From the human T2T-CHM13v2.0 reference genome, Homo sapiens, in NCBI RefSeq assembly GCF_009914755.1, contig NC_060935.1: DNA of 64,000 bases; one strand, given 5' to 3'. The translations under genes were made by a program, and so were the position numbers. Below the pieces are notes generated by a model. The model saw only the letters and a list, made by a program, of their open reading frames with translations, was not told where the DNA came from and made no database searches. Each line of letters begins with the position of its first letter. Positions within the stretch are counted from its first letter, which is position 1. Shown in pieces: positions 12,401-26,699 of the stretch.

Positions 12401-15400
12401 CATCTTCACAGAAAAACTAAACAGAAGCATTCTCTGAAACTACTTTGTGATGTTTGTGTTCCACTTCTAGAATTGAACTTTCCTCTTGACAGAGCAGCTC
12501 TGAAACCCTCTTTTTCTAGAATCTGCAAGTGGACATTTGGAGGGCTTTGAGGCCTGTGGTGGAAAAGGAAAATCTTCACATAAAAACTAGATGGAAGCAT
12601 TCTCAGAAACTACTTTGTGATGATTGCATTCGACTCACAGAGTTGAACATTCCTATAGATAGAGCAGGTTGTAAACAATCTTTTTGTAGAATCTGCGATT
12701 GGAGATTTGGACTGCTTTGAGGCCTACTGTAGTAAAGGAAATAACTTCATCTAAAAACCAAACGGAAGCATTCACAGACAATTCTTAGTGATCATTGCAT
12801 TGAACTAACAGAGCTGAACATTCCTTTAGATGGCGCAGTTTCCAAACACACTTTCTGTAGAATCTGCAAGTGGATATTTGGACCTCTCTGAGGATTTCGT
12901 TGGAAACGGGATAAACTTCCCAGAACTACACGGAAGCATGCTGAGAAACTTCTTTGTGATGTTTGCATTCAACTCACAGAGTTGAACCTTGCTTTCATAG
13001 TTCAGCTTTCAAACACTCTTTTTGTAGAATCTTCAAGTGGATATTTGGACTTCTCTGAGGATTTCGTTGGAAACGGGATAAACTTCCCAGAACTACACGG
13101 AAGCATTGTGAGAAACTTCTTTGTGATGTTTGCATTCAACTCACAGAGTTGAACCTTGCTTTCATAGTTCAGCTTTCAAACACTCTTTTTGTAGAATCTG
13201 CAAGTGGATATTTGGACCACTTTGTGGCCTTCCTTCGAAACGGGTATATCTTCACATCAAACCTAGACAGAAGCATTCTCAGAATGTTTCCTGTGATGAC
13301 TGCATTCAACTCACAGAGGTGAACAATCCTGCTGATGGAGCAATTTTGAAACTCTCTTTCTTTGGATTCTGCAAGTGGATATGTGGACCTTTGTGAAGAT
13401 TTCGTTGGAAACGGGTTCATCTTCACAGAAAAACTAAACAGAAGCATTCTCAGAAACTGCTTTGTGATGTTTGTGTTCCACTTCAGGAATTGAACTTTCC
13501 TCTTGACAGAGCAGCTCTGAAACCCTCTTATTCTAGAATCTGCAAGTGGACATTTGGAGGGCTTTGAGGCCTGTGGTGGAAAAGGAAAATCTTCACATAA
13601 AAACTAGATGGAAGCATTCTCAGAAACTACTTTGTGATGATTGCATTCGACTCACAGAGTTGAACATTCCTATAGATAGAGCAGGTTGTAAACAATCTTT
13701 TTGTAGAATCTGCGATTGGAGATTTGGACTGCTTTGAGGCCTACTGTAGTAAAGGAAATAACTTCATCTAAAAACCAAACGGAAGCATTCACAGACAATT
13801 CTTAGTGATCATTGCATTGAACTAACAGAGCTGAACATTCCTTTAGATGGCGCAGTTTCCAAACACACTTTCTGTAGAATCTGCAAGTGGATATTTGGAC
13901 TTCTCTGAGGATTTCGTTGGAAACGGGATAAACTTCCCAGAACTACACGGAAGCATTGTGAGAAACTTCTTTGTGATGTTTGCATTCAACTCACAGAGTT
14001 GAAACTTGCTTTCATAGTTCAGCTTTCAAACACTCTTTTTGTAGAATCTGCAAGTGGATATTTGGACCACTTTGTGGCCTTCCTTCGAAACGGGTATATC
14101 TTCACATCAAACCTAGACATAAGCATTCTCAGAATGTTTCCTGTGAAGACTGCATTCAACTCACAGAGATGAACAATCCTGTTGATGGAGCACTTTGGAA
14201 ACTCTCTTTCTTTGGATTCTGCAAGTTGATATGTGGACCTCTGTGAAGATTTCGTTGGAAACGGGTTCATCTTCACAGAAAAACTAAACAGAAGCATTCT
14301 CAAAAACTACTTTGTGATGTTTGTGTTCCACTTCAAGAATTGAACTTTCCTCTTGACAGAGCAGTTCTGAAAACCTCTTTTTCTAGAATCTGCAAGTGGA
14401 CATTTGGAGGGCTTTGAGGCCTGTGGTGGAAAAGGAAAATCTTCACATAAAAACTAGATGGAAGCATTCTCAGAAACTACTTTGTGATGATTGCATTCGA
14501 CTCACAGAGTTGAACATTCCTATAGATAGAGCAGGTTGTAAACAATCTTTTTGTAGAATCTGCGATTGGAGATTCGGACTGCTTTGAGGCCTACTGTAGT
14601 AAAGGAAATAACTTCATCTAAAAACCAAACGGAAGCATTCACAGACAATTCTTAGTGATCATTGCATTGAACTAACAGAGCTGAACATTCCTTTACATGG
14701 CGCAGTTTCCAAACACACTTTCTGTAGAATCTGCAAGTGGATATTTGGACCTCTCTGAGGATTTCGTTGGAAACGGGATAAACTTCCCAGAACTACACGG
14801 AAGCATGCTGAGAAACTTCTTTGTGATGTTTGCATTCAACTCACAGAGTTGAACCTTGCTTTCATAGTTCAGCTTTCAAACACTTTTTTTGTAGAATCTG
14901 CAAGTGGATATTTGGACCACTTTGTGGCCTTCCTTCGAAACGGGTATATCTTCACATCAAACCTAGACAGAAGCATTCTCAGAATGTTTCCTGTGATGAC
15001 TGCATTCAACTCACAGAGGTGAACAATCCTGCTGATGGAGGAGTTTTGAAACTCTCTTTCTTTGGATTCTGCAAGTGGATATGTGGACCTCTGTGAAGAT
15101 TTCGTTGGAAACGGGTTCATCTTCACAGAAAAACTAAACAGAAGCATTCTCAGAAACTGCTTTGTGATGTTTGTGTTCCACTTCAGGAATTGAACTTTCC
15201 TCTTGACAGAGCAGCTCTGAAACCCTCTTATTCTAGAATCTGCAAGTGGACATTTGGAGGGCTTTGAGGCCTGTGGTGGAAAAGGAAAATCTTCACATAA
15301 AAACTAGATGGAAGCATTCTCAGAAACTACTTTGTGATGATTGCATTCGACTCACAGAGTTGAACATTCCTATAGATAGAGCAGGTTGTAAACAATCTTT

Positions 15401-18400
15401 TTCTAGAATCTGCTATTGGAGATTTGGACTCCTTTGAGGCCTACTGTAGTAAAGGAAATAACTTCATCTAAAAACCAAACGGAAGCATTCACAGACAATT
15501 CTCAGGATCATTGGATTGAACTAACAGAGCTGAACATTCCTTTAGATGGAGCAGTTTCCAAACACACTTTCTGTAGAATCTGCAAGTGGATATTTGGACT
15601 TCTCTGAGAATTTCGTTGGAAAAGGGATAAACTTCCCAGAACTACACGGAAGCATTGTGAGAAACTTCTTTGTGATGTTTGCATTCAACTCACAGAGTTG
15701 AACCTTGCTTTCATAGTTCAGCTTTCAAACACTCTTTTTGTAGAATCTGCAAGTGGATATTTGGACCACTTTGTGGCCTTCCTTCGAAACGGGTATATCT
15801 TCACATCAAACCTAGACAGAAGCATTCTCAGAATGTTTCCTGTGATGACTGCATTCAACTCACAGAGGTGAACAATCCTGTTGATGGAGCACTTTTGAAA
15901 CTCTCTTTCTTTGGATTCTGCAAGTTGATATGTGGACCTCTGTGAAGATTTCGTTGGAAACGGGTTCATCTTCACAGAAAAACTAAACAGAAGCATTCTC
16001 AGAAACTACTTTGTGATGTTTGTGTTCCACTTCAAGAATTGAACTTTCCTCTTGACAGAGCAGCTCTGAAACCCTCTTTTTCTAGAATCTGCAAGTGGAC
16101 ATTTGGAGGGCTTTGAGGCCTGTGGTGGAAAAGGAAAATCTTCACATAAAAACTAGATGGAAGCATTCTCAGAAACTACTTTGTGATGATTGCATTCGTC
16201 TCACAGAGTTGAACATTCCTATAGTTAGAGCAGGTTGTAAACAATCTTTTTGTAGAATCTGCGATTGGAGATTTGGACTGCTTGGAGGCCTACTGTAGTA
16301 AAGTAAATAACTTCATCTAAAAACCAAACGGAAGCATTCACAGACAATTCTTAGTGATCATTGCATTGAACTAACAGAGCTGAACATTCCTTTAGATGGC
16401 GCAGTTTCCAAACACACTTTCTGTAGAATCTGCAAGTGGATATTTGGACCTCTCTGAGGATTTCGTTGGAAACCGGATAAACTTCCCAGAACTACACGGA
16501 AGCACTGTGAGAAAATTCTTTGTGATGTTTGCATTCAACTCACAGAGTTGAACCTTGCTTTCATAGTTCAGCTTTCAAACACTCTTTTTGTAGAATCTGC
16601 AAGTGGATATTTGGACCACTTTGTGGCCTTCCTTGAAACGGGTATATCTTCACATCAAACCTAGACAGAAGCATTCTCAGAATGTTTCCTGTGATGACTG
16701 CATTCAACTCACAGAGGTGAACAATCCTGCTGATGGAGCAGTTTTGAAACTTTCTTTGGATTCTGCAAGTGGATATGTGGACCTCTGTGAAGATTTCGTT
16801 GGAAACGGGTTCATCTTCACAGAAAAACTAAACAGAAGCATTCTCAGAAACTGCTTTGTGATGTTTGTGTTCCACTTCAGGAATTGAACTTTCCTCTTGA
16901 CAGAGCAGCTCTGAAACCCTCTTATTCTAGAATCTGCAAGTGGACATTTGGAGGGCTTTGAGGCCTGTGGTGGAAAAGGAAAATCTTCACATAAAAACTA
17001 GATGGAAGCATTCTCAGAAACTACTTTGTGATGATTGCATTCGACTCACAGAGTTGAACATTCCTATAGATAGAGCAGGTTGTAAACAATCTTTTTGTAG
17101 AAAATGCGATTGGAGATTTGGACTGCTTTGAGGCCTACTGTAGTAAAGGAAATAACTTCATCTAAAAACCAAACGGAAGCATTCACAGACAATTCTTAGT
17201 GATCATTGGATTGAACTAACAGAGCTGAACATTCCTTTAGATGGAGCAGTTTCCAAACCCACTTTCTGTAGAATCTGCAAGTGGATATTTGGACTTCTCT
17301 GAGGATTTCGTGGGAAACGGGATAAACTTCCCAGAACTACACGGAAGCATTGTGAGAAACTTCTTTGTGATGTTTGCATTCAACTCACAGAGTTGAACCT
17401 TGCTTTCATAGTTCAGCTTTCAAACACTCTTTTTGTAGAATCTGCAAGTGGATATTTGGACCACTTTGTGGCCTTCCTTCGAAACGGGTATATCTTCACA
17501 TCAAACCTAGACAGAAGCATTCTCAGAATGTTTCCTGTGATGACTGCATTCAACTCACAGAGGTGAACAATCCTGCTGATGGAGCAGTTTTGAAACTCTC
17601 TTTCTTTGGATTCTGCAAGTGGATATGTGGACCTCTGTGAAGATTTCGTTGGAAACGGGTTCATCTTCACAGAAAAACTAAACAGGAGCATTCTCAGAAA
17701 CTGCTTTGTGATGTTTGTGTTCCACTTCAAGAATTGAACTTTCCTCTTGACAGAGCAGCTCATAAACCCTCTTTTTCTAGAATCTGCAAGTGGACATTTG
17801 GAGGGCTTTGAGGCCTGTGGTGGAAAAGGAAAATCTTCACATAAAAACTAGATGGAAGCATTCTCAGAAACTTCTTTGTGATGATTGCATTCGACTCACA
17901 GAGTTGAACATTCCTGTAGATAGAGCAGGTTGTAAACAATCTTTTTGTAGAATCTGCGATTGGAGATTTGGACTGCTTTGAGGCCTACTGTAGTAAAGGA
18001 AATTACTTCATCTAAAAACGAAACGGAAGCATTCACAGACAATTCTTAGTGATCATTGGATTGAACTAACAGAGCTGAACACTCCTTTAGATGGAGCAGT
18101 TTCCAAACCCACTTTCTGTAGAATCTGCAAGTGGATATTTGGACTTCTCAGAGGATTTCGTTGGAAACGGGATAAACTTCCCAGAACTACACGGAAGCAT
18201 TGTGAGAAACTTCTTTGTGATGTTTGCATTCAACTCACAGAGTTGAACCTTGTTTTCATAGTTCAGCTTTCAAACACTCTTTTTGTAGAATCTGCAAGTG
18301 GATATTTGGACCACTTTGTGGCCTTCCTTCGAAACGGGTATACCTTCACATCAAACCTAGACAGAAACATTCTCAGAATGTTTCCTGTGATGACTGCATT

Positions 18401-21400
18401 CAACTCACAGAGGTGAACAATCCTGTTGATGGAGCACTTTTGAAACTCTCTTTCTTTGGATTCTGCAAGTTGATATGTGGACCTCTGTGAAGATTTCGTT
18501 GGAAACGGGTTCATCTTCACAGAAAAATTAAACAGAAGCATTCTCAGAAACTACTTTGTGATGTTTGTGTTCCACTTCAAGAATTGAACTTTCCTCTTGA
18601 CAGAGCAGCTCTGAAACCCTCTTTTTCTAGAATCTGCAAGTGGACATTTGGAGGGCTTTGAGGCCTGTGGTGGAAAAGGAAAATCTTCACATAAAAACTA
18701 GATGGAAGCATTCTCCGAAACTACTTTGTGATGATTGCATTCGACTCACAGAGTTGAACATTCCTATAGATAGAGCAGGTTGTAAACAATCTTTTTGTAG
18801 AATCTGCGATTGGAGATTTGGATTGCTTTGAGGCCTACTGTAGTAAAGGAAATAACTTCATCTAAAAACCAAACGGAAGCATTCACAGAAAATTCTTAGT
18901 GATCATTGCATTGAACTAACAGAGGTGAACATTCCTTTAGATGGCGCAGTTTCCAAACACACTTTCTGTAGAATCTGCAAGTGGATATTTGGACCTCTCT
19001 GAGGATTTCGTTGGAAACGGGATAAACTTCCCAGAACTACACGGAAGCATTGTGAGAAACTTCTTTGTGATGTTTGCATTCAACTCACAGAGTTGAACCT
19101 TGCTTTCATAGTTCAGCTTTCAAACACTCTTTTTGTAGAATCTGCAAGTGGATATTTGGACCACTTTGTGACCTTCCTTCGAAACGGGTATATCTTCACA
19201 TCAAACCTAGACAGAAGCATTCTCAGAATGTTTCCTGTGATGACTGCATTCAACTCACAGAGGTCAACAATCCTGCTGATGGAGCAGTTTTGAAACTCTC
19301 TTTCTTTGGATTCTGCAAGTGGATATGTGGACCTCTGTGAAGATTTCGTTGGAAACGGGTTCATCTTCACAGAAAAACTAAACAGGAGCATTCTCAGAAA
19401 CTGCTTTGTGATGTTTGTGTTCCACTTTAAGAATTGAACTTTCCTCTTGACAGAGCAGCTCTGAAACCCTCTTTTTCTAGAATCTGCAAGTGGACATTTG
19501 GAGGGCTTTGAGGCCTGTGGTGGAAAAGGAAAATCTTCACATAAAAACTAGATGGAAGCATTCTCAGAAACTACTTTGTGATGATTGCATTCGACGCACA
19601 GAGTTGAACATTCCTATAGATAGAGCAGGTTGTAAACAATCTTTTTGTAGAATCTGCGATTGGAGATTTGGACTGCTTTGAGGCCTACTGTAGTAAAGGA
19701 AATAACTTCATCTAAAAACCAAACGGAAGCATTCACAGACAATTCTTAGTGATCATTGCATTGAACTAACAGAGCTGAACATTCCTTTAGATGGAGCAGT
19801 TTCCAAACCCACTTTCTGTAGAATCTTCAAGTGGATATTTGGACTTCTCTGAGGATTTCGTTGGAAACGGGATAAACTTCCCAGAACTACACGGAAGCAT
19901 TGTGAGAAACTTCTTTGTGATGTTTGCATTCAACTCACAGAGTTGAACCTTGCTTTCATAGTTCAGCTTTCAAACACTCTTTTTGTAGAATCTGCAAGTG
20001 GATATTTGGACCACTTTGTGGCCTTCCTTCGAAACGGGTATATCTTCCCATCAAACCTAGACAGAAGCATTCTCAGAATGTTTCCTGTGATGACTGCATT
20101 CAACTCACAGAGGTGAACAATCCTGTTGATGGAGCAGTTTTGAAACTCTCTTTCTTTGGATTCTGCAAGTTGATATGTGGACCTCTGTGAAGATTTCGTT
20201 GGAAACGGGTTCATCTTCACAGAAAAACTAAACAGAAGCATTCTCAGAAACTACTTTGTGATGTTTGTGTTCCACTTCTAGAAATGAACTTTCCTCTTGA
20301 CAGAGCAGCTCTGAAACCCTCTTTTTCTAGAATCTGCAAGTGGACATTTGGAGGGCTTTGAGGCCTGTGGTGGAAAAGGAAAATCTTCACATAAAAACTA
20401 GATGGAAGCATTCTCAGAAACTACTTTGTGATGATTGCATTCGACTCACAGAGTTGAACATTCCTATAGATAGAGCAGGTTGTAAACAATCTTTTTGTAG
20501 AATCTGCGATTGGAGATTTGGACTGCTTTGAGGCCTACTGTAGTAAAGGAAATAACTTCATCTAAAAACCAAACGGAAGCATTCACAGACAATTCTTAGT
20601 GATCATTGCATTGAACTAACAGAGCTGAACATTCCTTTAGATGGCGCAGTTTCCAAACACACTTTCTGTAGAATGTGCAAGTGGATATTTGGAGCTCTCT
20701 GAGGATTTCGTTGGAAACGGGATAAACTTCCCAGAACTACACGGAAGCATGCTGAGAAACTTCTTTGTGATGTTTGCATTCAACTCACAGAGTTGAACCT
20801 TGCTTTCATAGTTCAGCTTTCAAACACTCTTTTTGTAGAATCTGCAAGTGGATATTTGGACCACTTTGTGGCCTTCCTTCGAAACGGGTATATCTTCACA
20901 TCAAACCTAGACAGAAGCATTCTCAGAATGTTTCCTGTGATGACTGCATTCAACTCACAGAGGTGAACAATCCTGCTGATGGAGCAATTTTGAAACTCTC
21001 TTTCTTTGGATTCTGCAAGTGGATATGTGGACCTCTGTGAAGATTTCGTTGGAAACGGGTTCATCTTCACAGAAAAACTAAACAGAAGCATTCTCAGAAA
21101 CTGCTTTGTGATGTTTGTGTTCCACTTCAGGAATTGAACTTTCCTCTTGACAGAGCAGCTCTGAAACCCTCTTATTCTAGAATCTGCAAGTGGACATTTG
21201 GAGGGCTTTGAGGCCTGTGTGGAAAAGGAAAATCTTCACATAAAAACTATATGGAAGCATTCTCAGAAACTACTTTGTGATGATTGCATTCGACTCACAG
21301 AGTTGAACATTCCTATAGATAGAGCAGGTTGTAAACAATCTTTTTGTAGAATCTGCGATTGGAGATTTGGACTGCTTTGAGGCCTACTGTAGTAAAGGAA

Positions 21401-24400
21401 ATAACTTCATCTAAAAACCAAACGGAAGCATTCACAGACAATTCTTAGTGATCATTGCATTGAACTAACAGAGCTGAACATTCCTTTAGATGGCGCAGTT
21501 TCCAAACACACTTTCTGTAGAATCTGCAAGTGGATATTTGGACTTCTCTGAGGATTTCGTTGGAAACGGGATAAACTTCCCAGAACTACACGGAAGCATT
21601 GTGAGAAACTTCTTTGTGATGTTTGCATTCAACTCACAGAGTTGAAACTTGCTTTCATAGTTCAGCTTTCAAACACTCTTTTTGTAGAATCTGCAAGTGG
21701 ATATTTGGACCACTTTGTGGCCTTCCTTCGAAACGGGTATATCTTCACATCAAACCTAGACATAAGCATTCTCAGAATGTTTCCTGTGAAGACTGCATTC
21801 AACTCACAGAGATGAACAATCCTGTTGATGGAGCACTTTGGAAACTCTCTTTCTTTGGATTCTGCAAGTTGATATGTGGACCTCTGTGAAGATTTCGTTG
21901 GAAACGGGTTCATCTTCACAGAAAAACTAAACAGAAGCATTCTCAAAAACTACTTTGTGATGTTTGTGTTCCACTTCAAGAATTGAACTTTCCTCTTGAC
22001 AGAGCAGTTCTGAAAACCTCTTTTTCTAGAATCTGCAAGTGGACATTTGGAGGGCTTTGAGGCCTGTGGTGGAAAAGGAAAATCTTCACATAAAAACTAG
22101 ATGGAAGCATTCTCAGAAACTACTTTGTGATGATTGCATTCGACTCACAGAGTTGAACATTCCTATAGATAGAGCAGGTTGTAAACAATCTTTTTGTAGA
22201 ATCTGCGATTGGAGATTCGGACTGCTTTGAGGCCTACTGTAGTAAAGGAAATAACTTCATCTAAAAACCAAACGGAAGCATTCACAGACAATTCTTAGTG
22301 ATCATTGCATTGAACTAACAGAGCTGAACATTCCTTTACATGGCGCAGTTTCCAAACACACTTTCTGTAGAATCTGCAAGTGGATATTTGGACCTCTCTG
22401 AGGATTTCGTTGGAAACGGGATAAACTTCCCAGAACTACACGGAAGCATGCTGAGAAACTTCTTTGTGATGTTTGCATTCAACTCACAGAGTTGAACCTT
22501 GCTTTCATAGTTCAGCTTTCAAACACTTTTTTTGTAGAATCTGCAAGTGGATATTTGGACCACTTTGTGGCCTTCCTTCGAAACGGGTATATCTTCACAT
22601 CAAACCTAGACAGAAGCATTCTCAGAATGTTTCCTGTGATGACTGCATTCAACTCACAGAGGTGAACAATCCTGCTGATGGAGGAGTTTTGAAACTCTCT
22701 TTCTTTGGATTCTGCAAGTGGATATGTGGACCTCTGTGAAGATTTCGTTGGAAACGGGTTCATCTTCACAGAAAAACTAAACAGAAGCATTCTCAGAAAC
22801 TGCTTTGTGATGTTTGTGTTCCACTTCAGGAATTGAACTTTCCTCTTGACAGAGCAGCTCTGAAACCCTCTTATTCTAGAATCTGCAAGTGGACATTTGG
22901 AGGGCTTTGAGGCCTGTGGTGGAAAAGGAAAATCTTCACATAAAAACTAGATGGAAGCATTCTCAGAAACTACTTTGTGATGATTGCATTCGACTCACAG
23001 AGTTGAACATTCCTATAGATAGAGCAGGTTGTAAACAATCTTTTTCTAGAATCTGCTATTGGAGATTTGGACTCCTTTGAGGCCTACTGTAGTAAAGGAA
23101 ATAACTTCATCTAAAAACCAAACGGAAGCATTCACAGACAATTCTCAGGATCATTGGATTGAACTAACAGAGCTGAACATTCCTTTAGATGGAGCAGTTT
23201 CCAAACACACTTTCTGTAGAATCTGCAAGTGGATATTTGGACTTCTCTGAGAATTTCGTTGGAAAAGGGATAAACTTCCCAGAACTACACGGAAGCATTG
23301 TGAGAAACTTCTTTGTGATGTTTGCATTCAACTCACAGAGTTGAACCTTGCTTTCATAGTTCAGCTTTCAAACACTCTTTTTGTAGAATCTGCAAGTGGA
23401 TATTTGGACCACTTTGTGGCCTTCCTTCGAAACGGGTATATCTTCACATCAAACCTAGACAGAAGCATTCTCAGAATGTTTCCTGTGATGACTGCATTCA
23501 ACTCACAGAGGTGAACAATCCTGTTGATGGAGCACTTTTGAAACTCTCTTTCTTTGGATTCTGCAAGTTGATATGTGGACCTCTGTGAAGATTTCGTTGG
23601 AAACGGGTTCATCTTCACAGAAAAACTAAACAGAAGCATTCTCAGAAACTACTTTGTGATGTTTGTGTTCCACTTCAAGAATTGAACTTTCCTCTTGACA
23701 GAGCAGCTCTGAAACCCTCTTTTTCTAGAATCTGCAAGTGGACATTTGGAGGGCTTTGAGGCCTGTGGTGGAAAAGGAAAATCTTCACATAAAAACTAGA
23801 TGGAAGCATTCTCAGAAACTACTTTGTGATGATTGCATTCGTCTCACAGAGTTGAACATTCCTATAGTTAGAGCAGGTTGTAAACAATCTTTTTGTAGAA
23901 TCTGCGATTGGAGATTTGGACTGCTTGGAGGCCTACTGTAGTAAAGTAAATAACTTCATCTAAAAACCAAACGGAAGCATTCACAGACAATTCTTAGTGA
24001 TCATTGCATTGAACTAACAGAGCTGAACATTCCTTTAGATGGCGCAGTTTCCAAACACACTTTCTGTAGAATCTGCAAGTGGATATTTGGACCTCTCTGA
24101 GGATTTCGTTGGAAACCGGATAAACTTCCCAGAACTACACGGAAGCACTGTGAGAAAATTCTTTGTGATGTTTGCATTCAACTCACAGAGTTGAACCTTG
24201 CTTTCATAGTTCAGCTTTCAAACACTCTTTTTGTAGAATCTGCAAGTGGATATTTGGACCACATTGTGGCCTTCCTTCGAAACGGGTATATCTTCCCATC
24301 AAACCTAGACAGAAGCATTCTCAGAATGTTTCCTGTGATGACTGCATTCAACTCACAGAGGTGAACAATCCTGTTGATGGAGCACTTTTGAAACTCTCTT

Positions 24401-26650
24401 TCTTTGGATTCTGCAAGTTGATATGTGGACCTCTGTGAAGATTTCGTTGGAAACGGGTTCATCTTCACAGAAAAACTAAACAGAAGCATTCTCAGAAACT
24501 ACTATGTGATGTTTGTGTTCCACTTCAAGAATTGAACTTTCCTCTTGACAGAGCAGCTCTGAAACCCTCTTTTTCTAGAATCTGCAAGTGAACATTTGGA
24601 GGGCTTTGAGGCCTGTGGTGGAAAAGGAAAATCTTCACATAAAAACTAGATGGAAGCATTCTCAGAAACTACTTTGTGATGATTGCATTCGACTCACAGA
24701 GTTGAACATTCCTATAGATAGAGCAGGTTGTAAACAATCTTTTTGTAGAATCTGCGATTGGAGATTTGGACTGCTTTGAGGCCTACTGTAGTAAAGGAAA
24801 TAACTTCATCTAAAAACCAAACGGAAGCATTCACAGACAATTCTTAGTGATCATTGCATTGAACTAACAGAGCTGAACATTCCTTTAGATGGCGCAGTTT
24901 CCAAACACACTTTCTGTAGAATCTGCAAGTGGATATTTGGACCTCTCTGAGGATTTCGTTAGAAAAGGGATAAACTTCCCAGAACTACACGGAAGCATGC
25001 TGAGAAACTTCTTTGTGATGTTTGCATTCAACTCACAGAGTTGAACCTTGCTTTCATAGTTCAGCTTTCAAACACTCTTTTTGTAGAATCTGCAAGTGGA
25101 TATTTGGACCACTTTGTGGCCTTCCTTGAAACGGGTATATCTTCACATCAAACCTAGACAGAAGCATTCTCAGAATGTTTCCTGTGATGACTGCATTCAA
25201 CTCACAGAGGTGAACAATCCTGCTGATGGAGCAGTTTTGAAACTCTCTTTCTTTGGATTCTGCAAGTGGATATGTGGACCTCTGTGAAGATTTCGTTGGA
25301 AACGGGTTCATCTTCACAGAAAAACTAAACAGAAGCATTCTCAGAAACTGCTTTGTGATGTTTGTGTTCCACTTCAGGAATTGAACTTTCCTCTTGACAG
25401 AGCAGCTCTGAAACCCTCTTATTCTAGAATCTGCAAGTGGACATTTGGAGGGCTTTGAGGCCTGTGGTGGAAAAGGAAAATCTTCACATAAAAACTAGAT
25501 GGAAGCATTCTCAGAAACTACTTTGTGATGATTGCATTCGACTCACAGAGTTGAACATTCCTATAGATAGAGCAGGTTGTAAACAATCTTTTTGTAGAAA
25601 ATGCGATTGGAGATTTGGACTGCTTTGAGGCCTACTGTAGTAAAGGAAATAACTTCATCTAAAAACCAAACGGAAGCATTCACAGACAATTCTTAGTGAT
25701 CATTGGATTGAACTAACAGAGCTGAACATTCCTTTAGATGGAGCAGTTTCCAAACCCACTTTCTGTAGAATCTGCAAGTGGATATTTGGACTTCTCTGAG
25801 GATTTCGTGGGAAACGGGATAAACTTCCCAGAACTACACGGAAGCATTGTGAGAAACTTCTTTGTGATGTTTGCATTCAACTCACAGAGTTGAACCTTGC
25901 TTTCATAGTTCAGCTTTCAAACACTCTTTTTGTAGAATCTGCAAGTGGATATTTGGACCACTTTGTGGCCTTCCTTCGAAACGGGTATATCTTCACATCA
26001 AACCTAGACAGAAGCATTCTCAGAATGTTTCCTGTGATGACTGCATTCAACTCACAGAGGTGAACAATCCTGCTGATGGAGCAGTTTTGAAACTCTCTTT
26101 CTTTGGATTCTGCAAGTGGATATGTGGACCTCTGTGAAGATTTCGTTGGAAACGGGTTCATCTTCACAGAAAAACTAAACAGGAGCATTCTCAGAAACTG
26201 CTTTGTGATGTTTGTGTTCCACTTCAAGAATTGAACTTTCCTCTTGACAGAGCAGCTCTGAAACCCTCTTTTTCTAGAATCTGCAAGTGGACATTAGGAG
26301 GGCTTTGAGGCCTGTGGTGGAAAAGGAAAATCTTCACATAAAAACTTTATGGAAGCATTCTCAGAAACTTCTTTGTGATGATTGCATTCGACTCACAGAG
26401 TTGAACATTCCTATAGATAGAGCAGGTTGTAAACAATCTTTTTGTAGAATCTGCGATTGGAGATTTGGACTGCTTTGAGGCCTACTGTAGTAAAGGAAAT
26501 TACTTCATCTAAAAACGAAACGGAAGCATTCACAGACAATTCTTAGTGATCATTGGATTGAACTAACAGAGCTGAACACTCCTTTAGATGGAGCAGTTTC
26601 CAAACCCACTTTCTGTAGAATCTGCAAGTGGATATTTGGACTTCTCAGAG
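3426..26650 (+). repeat. Three imperfect copies of a ~9-HOR (7.6-7.8 kb) super-repeat
   Basis: Rare alleles recur in the same order three times. These are cgacgcac (4141, 11787, 19596), gaatcttcaag, ccacttctaga, ggagcaatttt, the multi-SNP HOR anchored at 6169/13980/21623, ctcaggatc, ttcgtctc with cttggagg, aaaccgg, gaaaatgcg and ttcgtggg. Boundaries are approximate. Confidence 0.85.
12769..13785 (+). repeat. 6-mer structural variant HOR (1,017 bp) containing an extra 167-bp hybrid monomer (12937-13103 in the CATT phase)
   Basis: Anchor spacing 12115 to 13130 is 1,015 bp (850 - 2 + 167). At 13023-13033 the second monomer switches back to first-monomer sequence, giving two box-1 CENP-B boxes 167 bp apart. 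Confidence 0.95.
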
Positions 26651-26699
26651 GATTTCGTTGGAAACGGGATAAACTTCCCAGAACTACACGGAAGCATTG

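Noticed and set aside
11197-25819. TTCGTGGG variant of CENP-B box 1 (near 11197, 17306, 25803) as a box loss
   Set aside because: The change falls at a non-essential N position and the nine core bases are intact.
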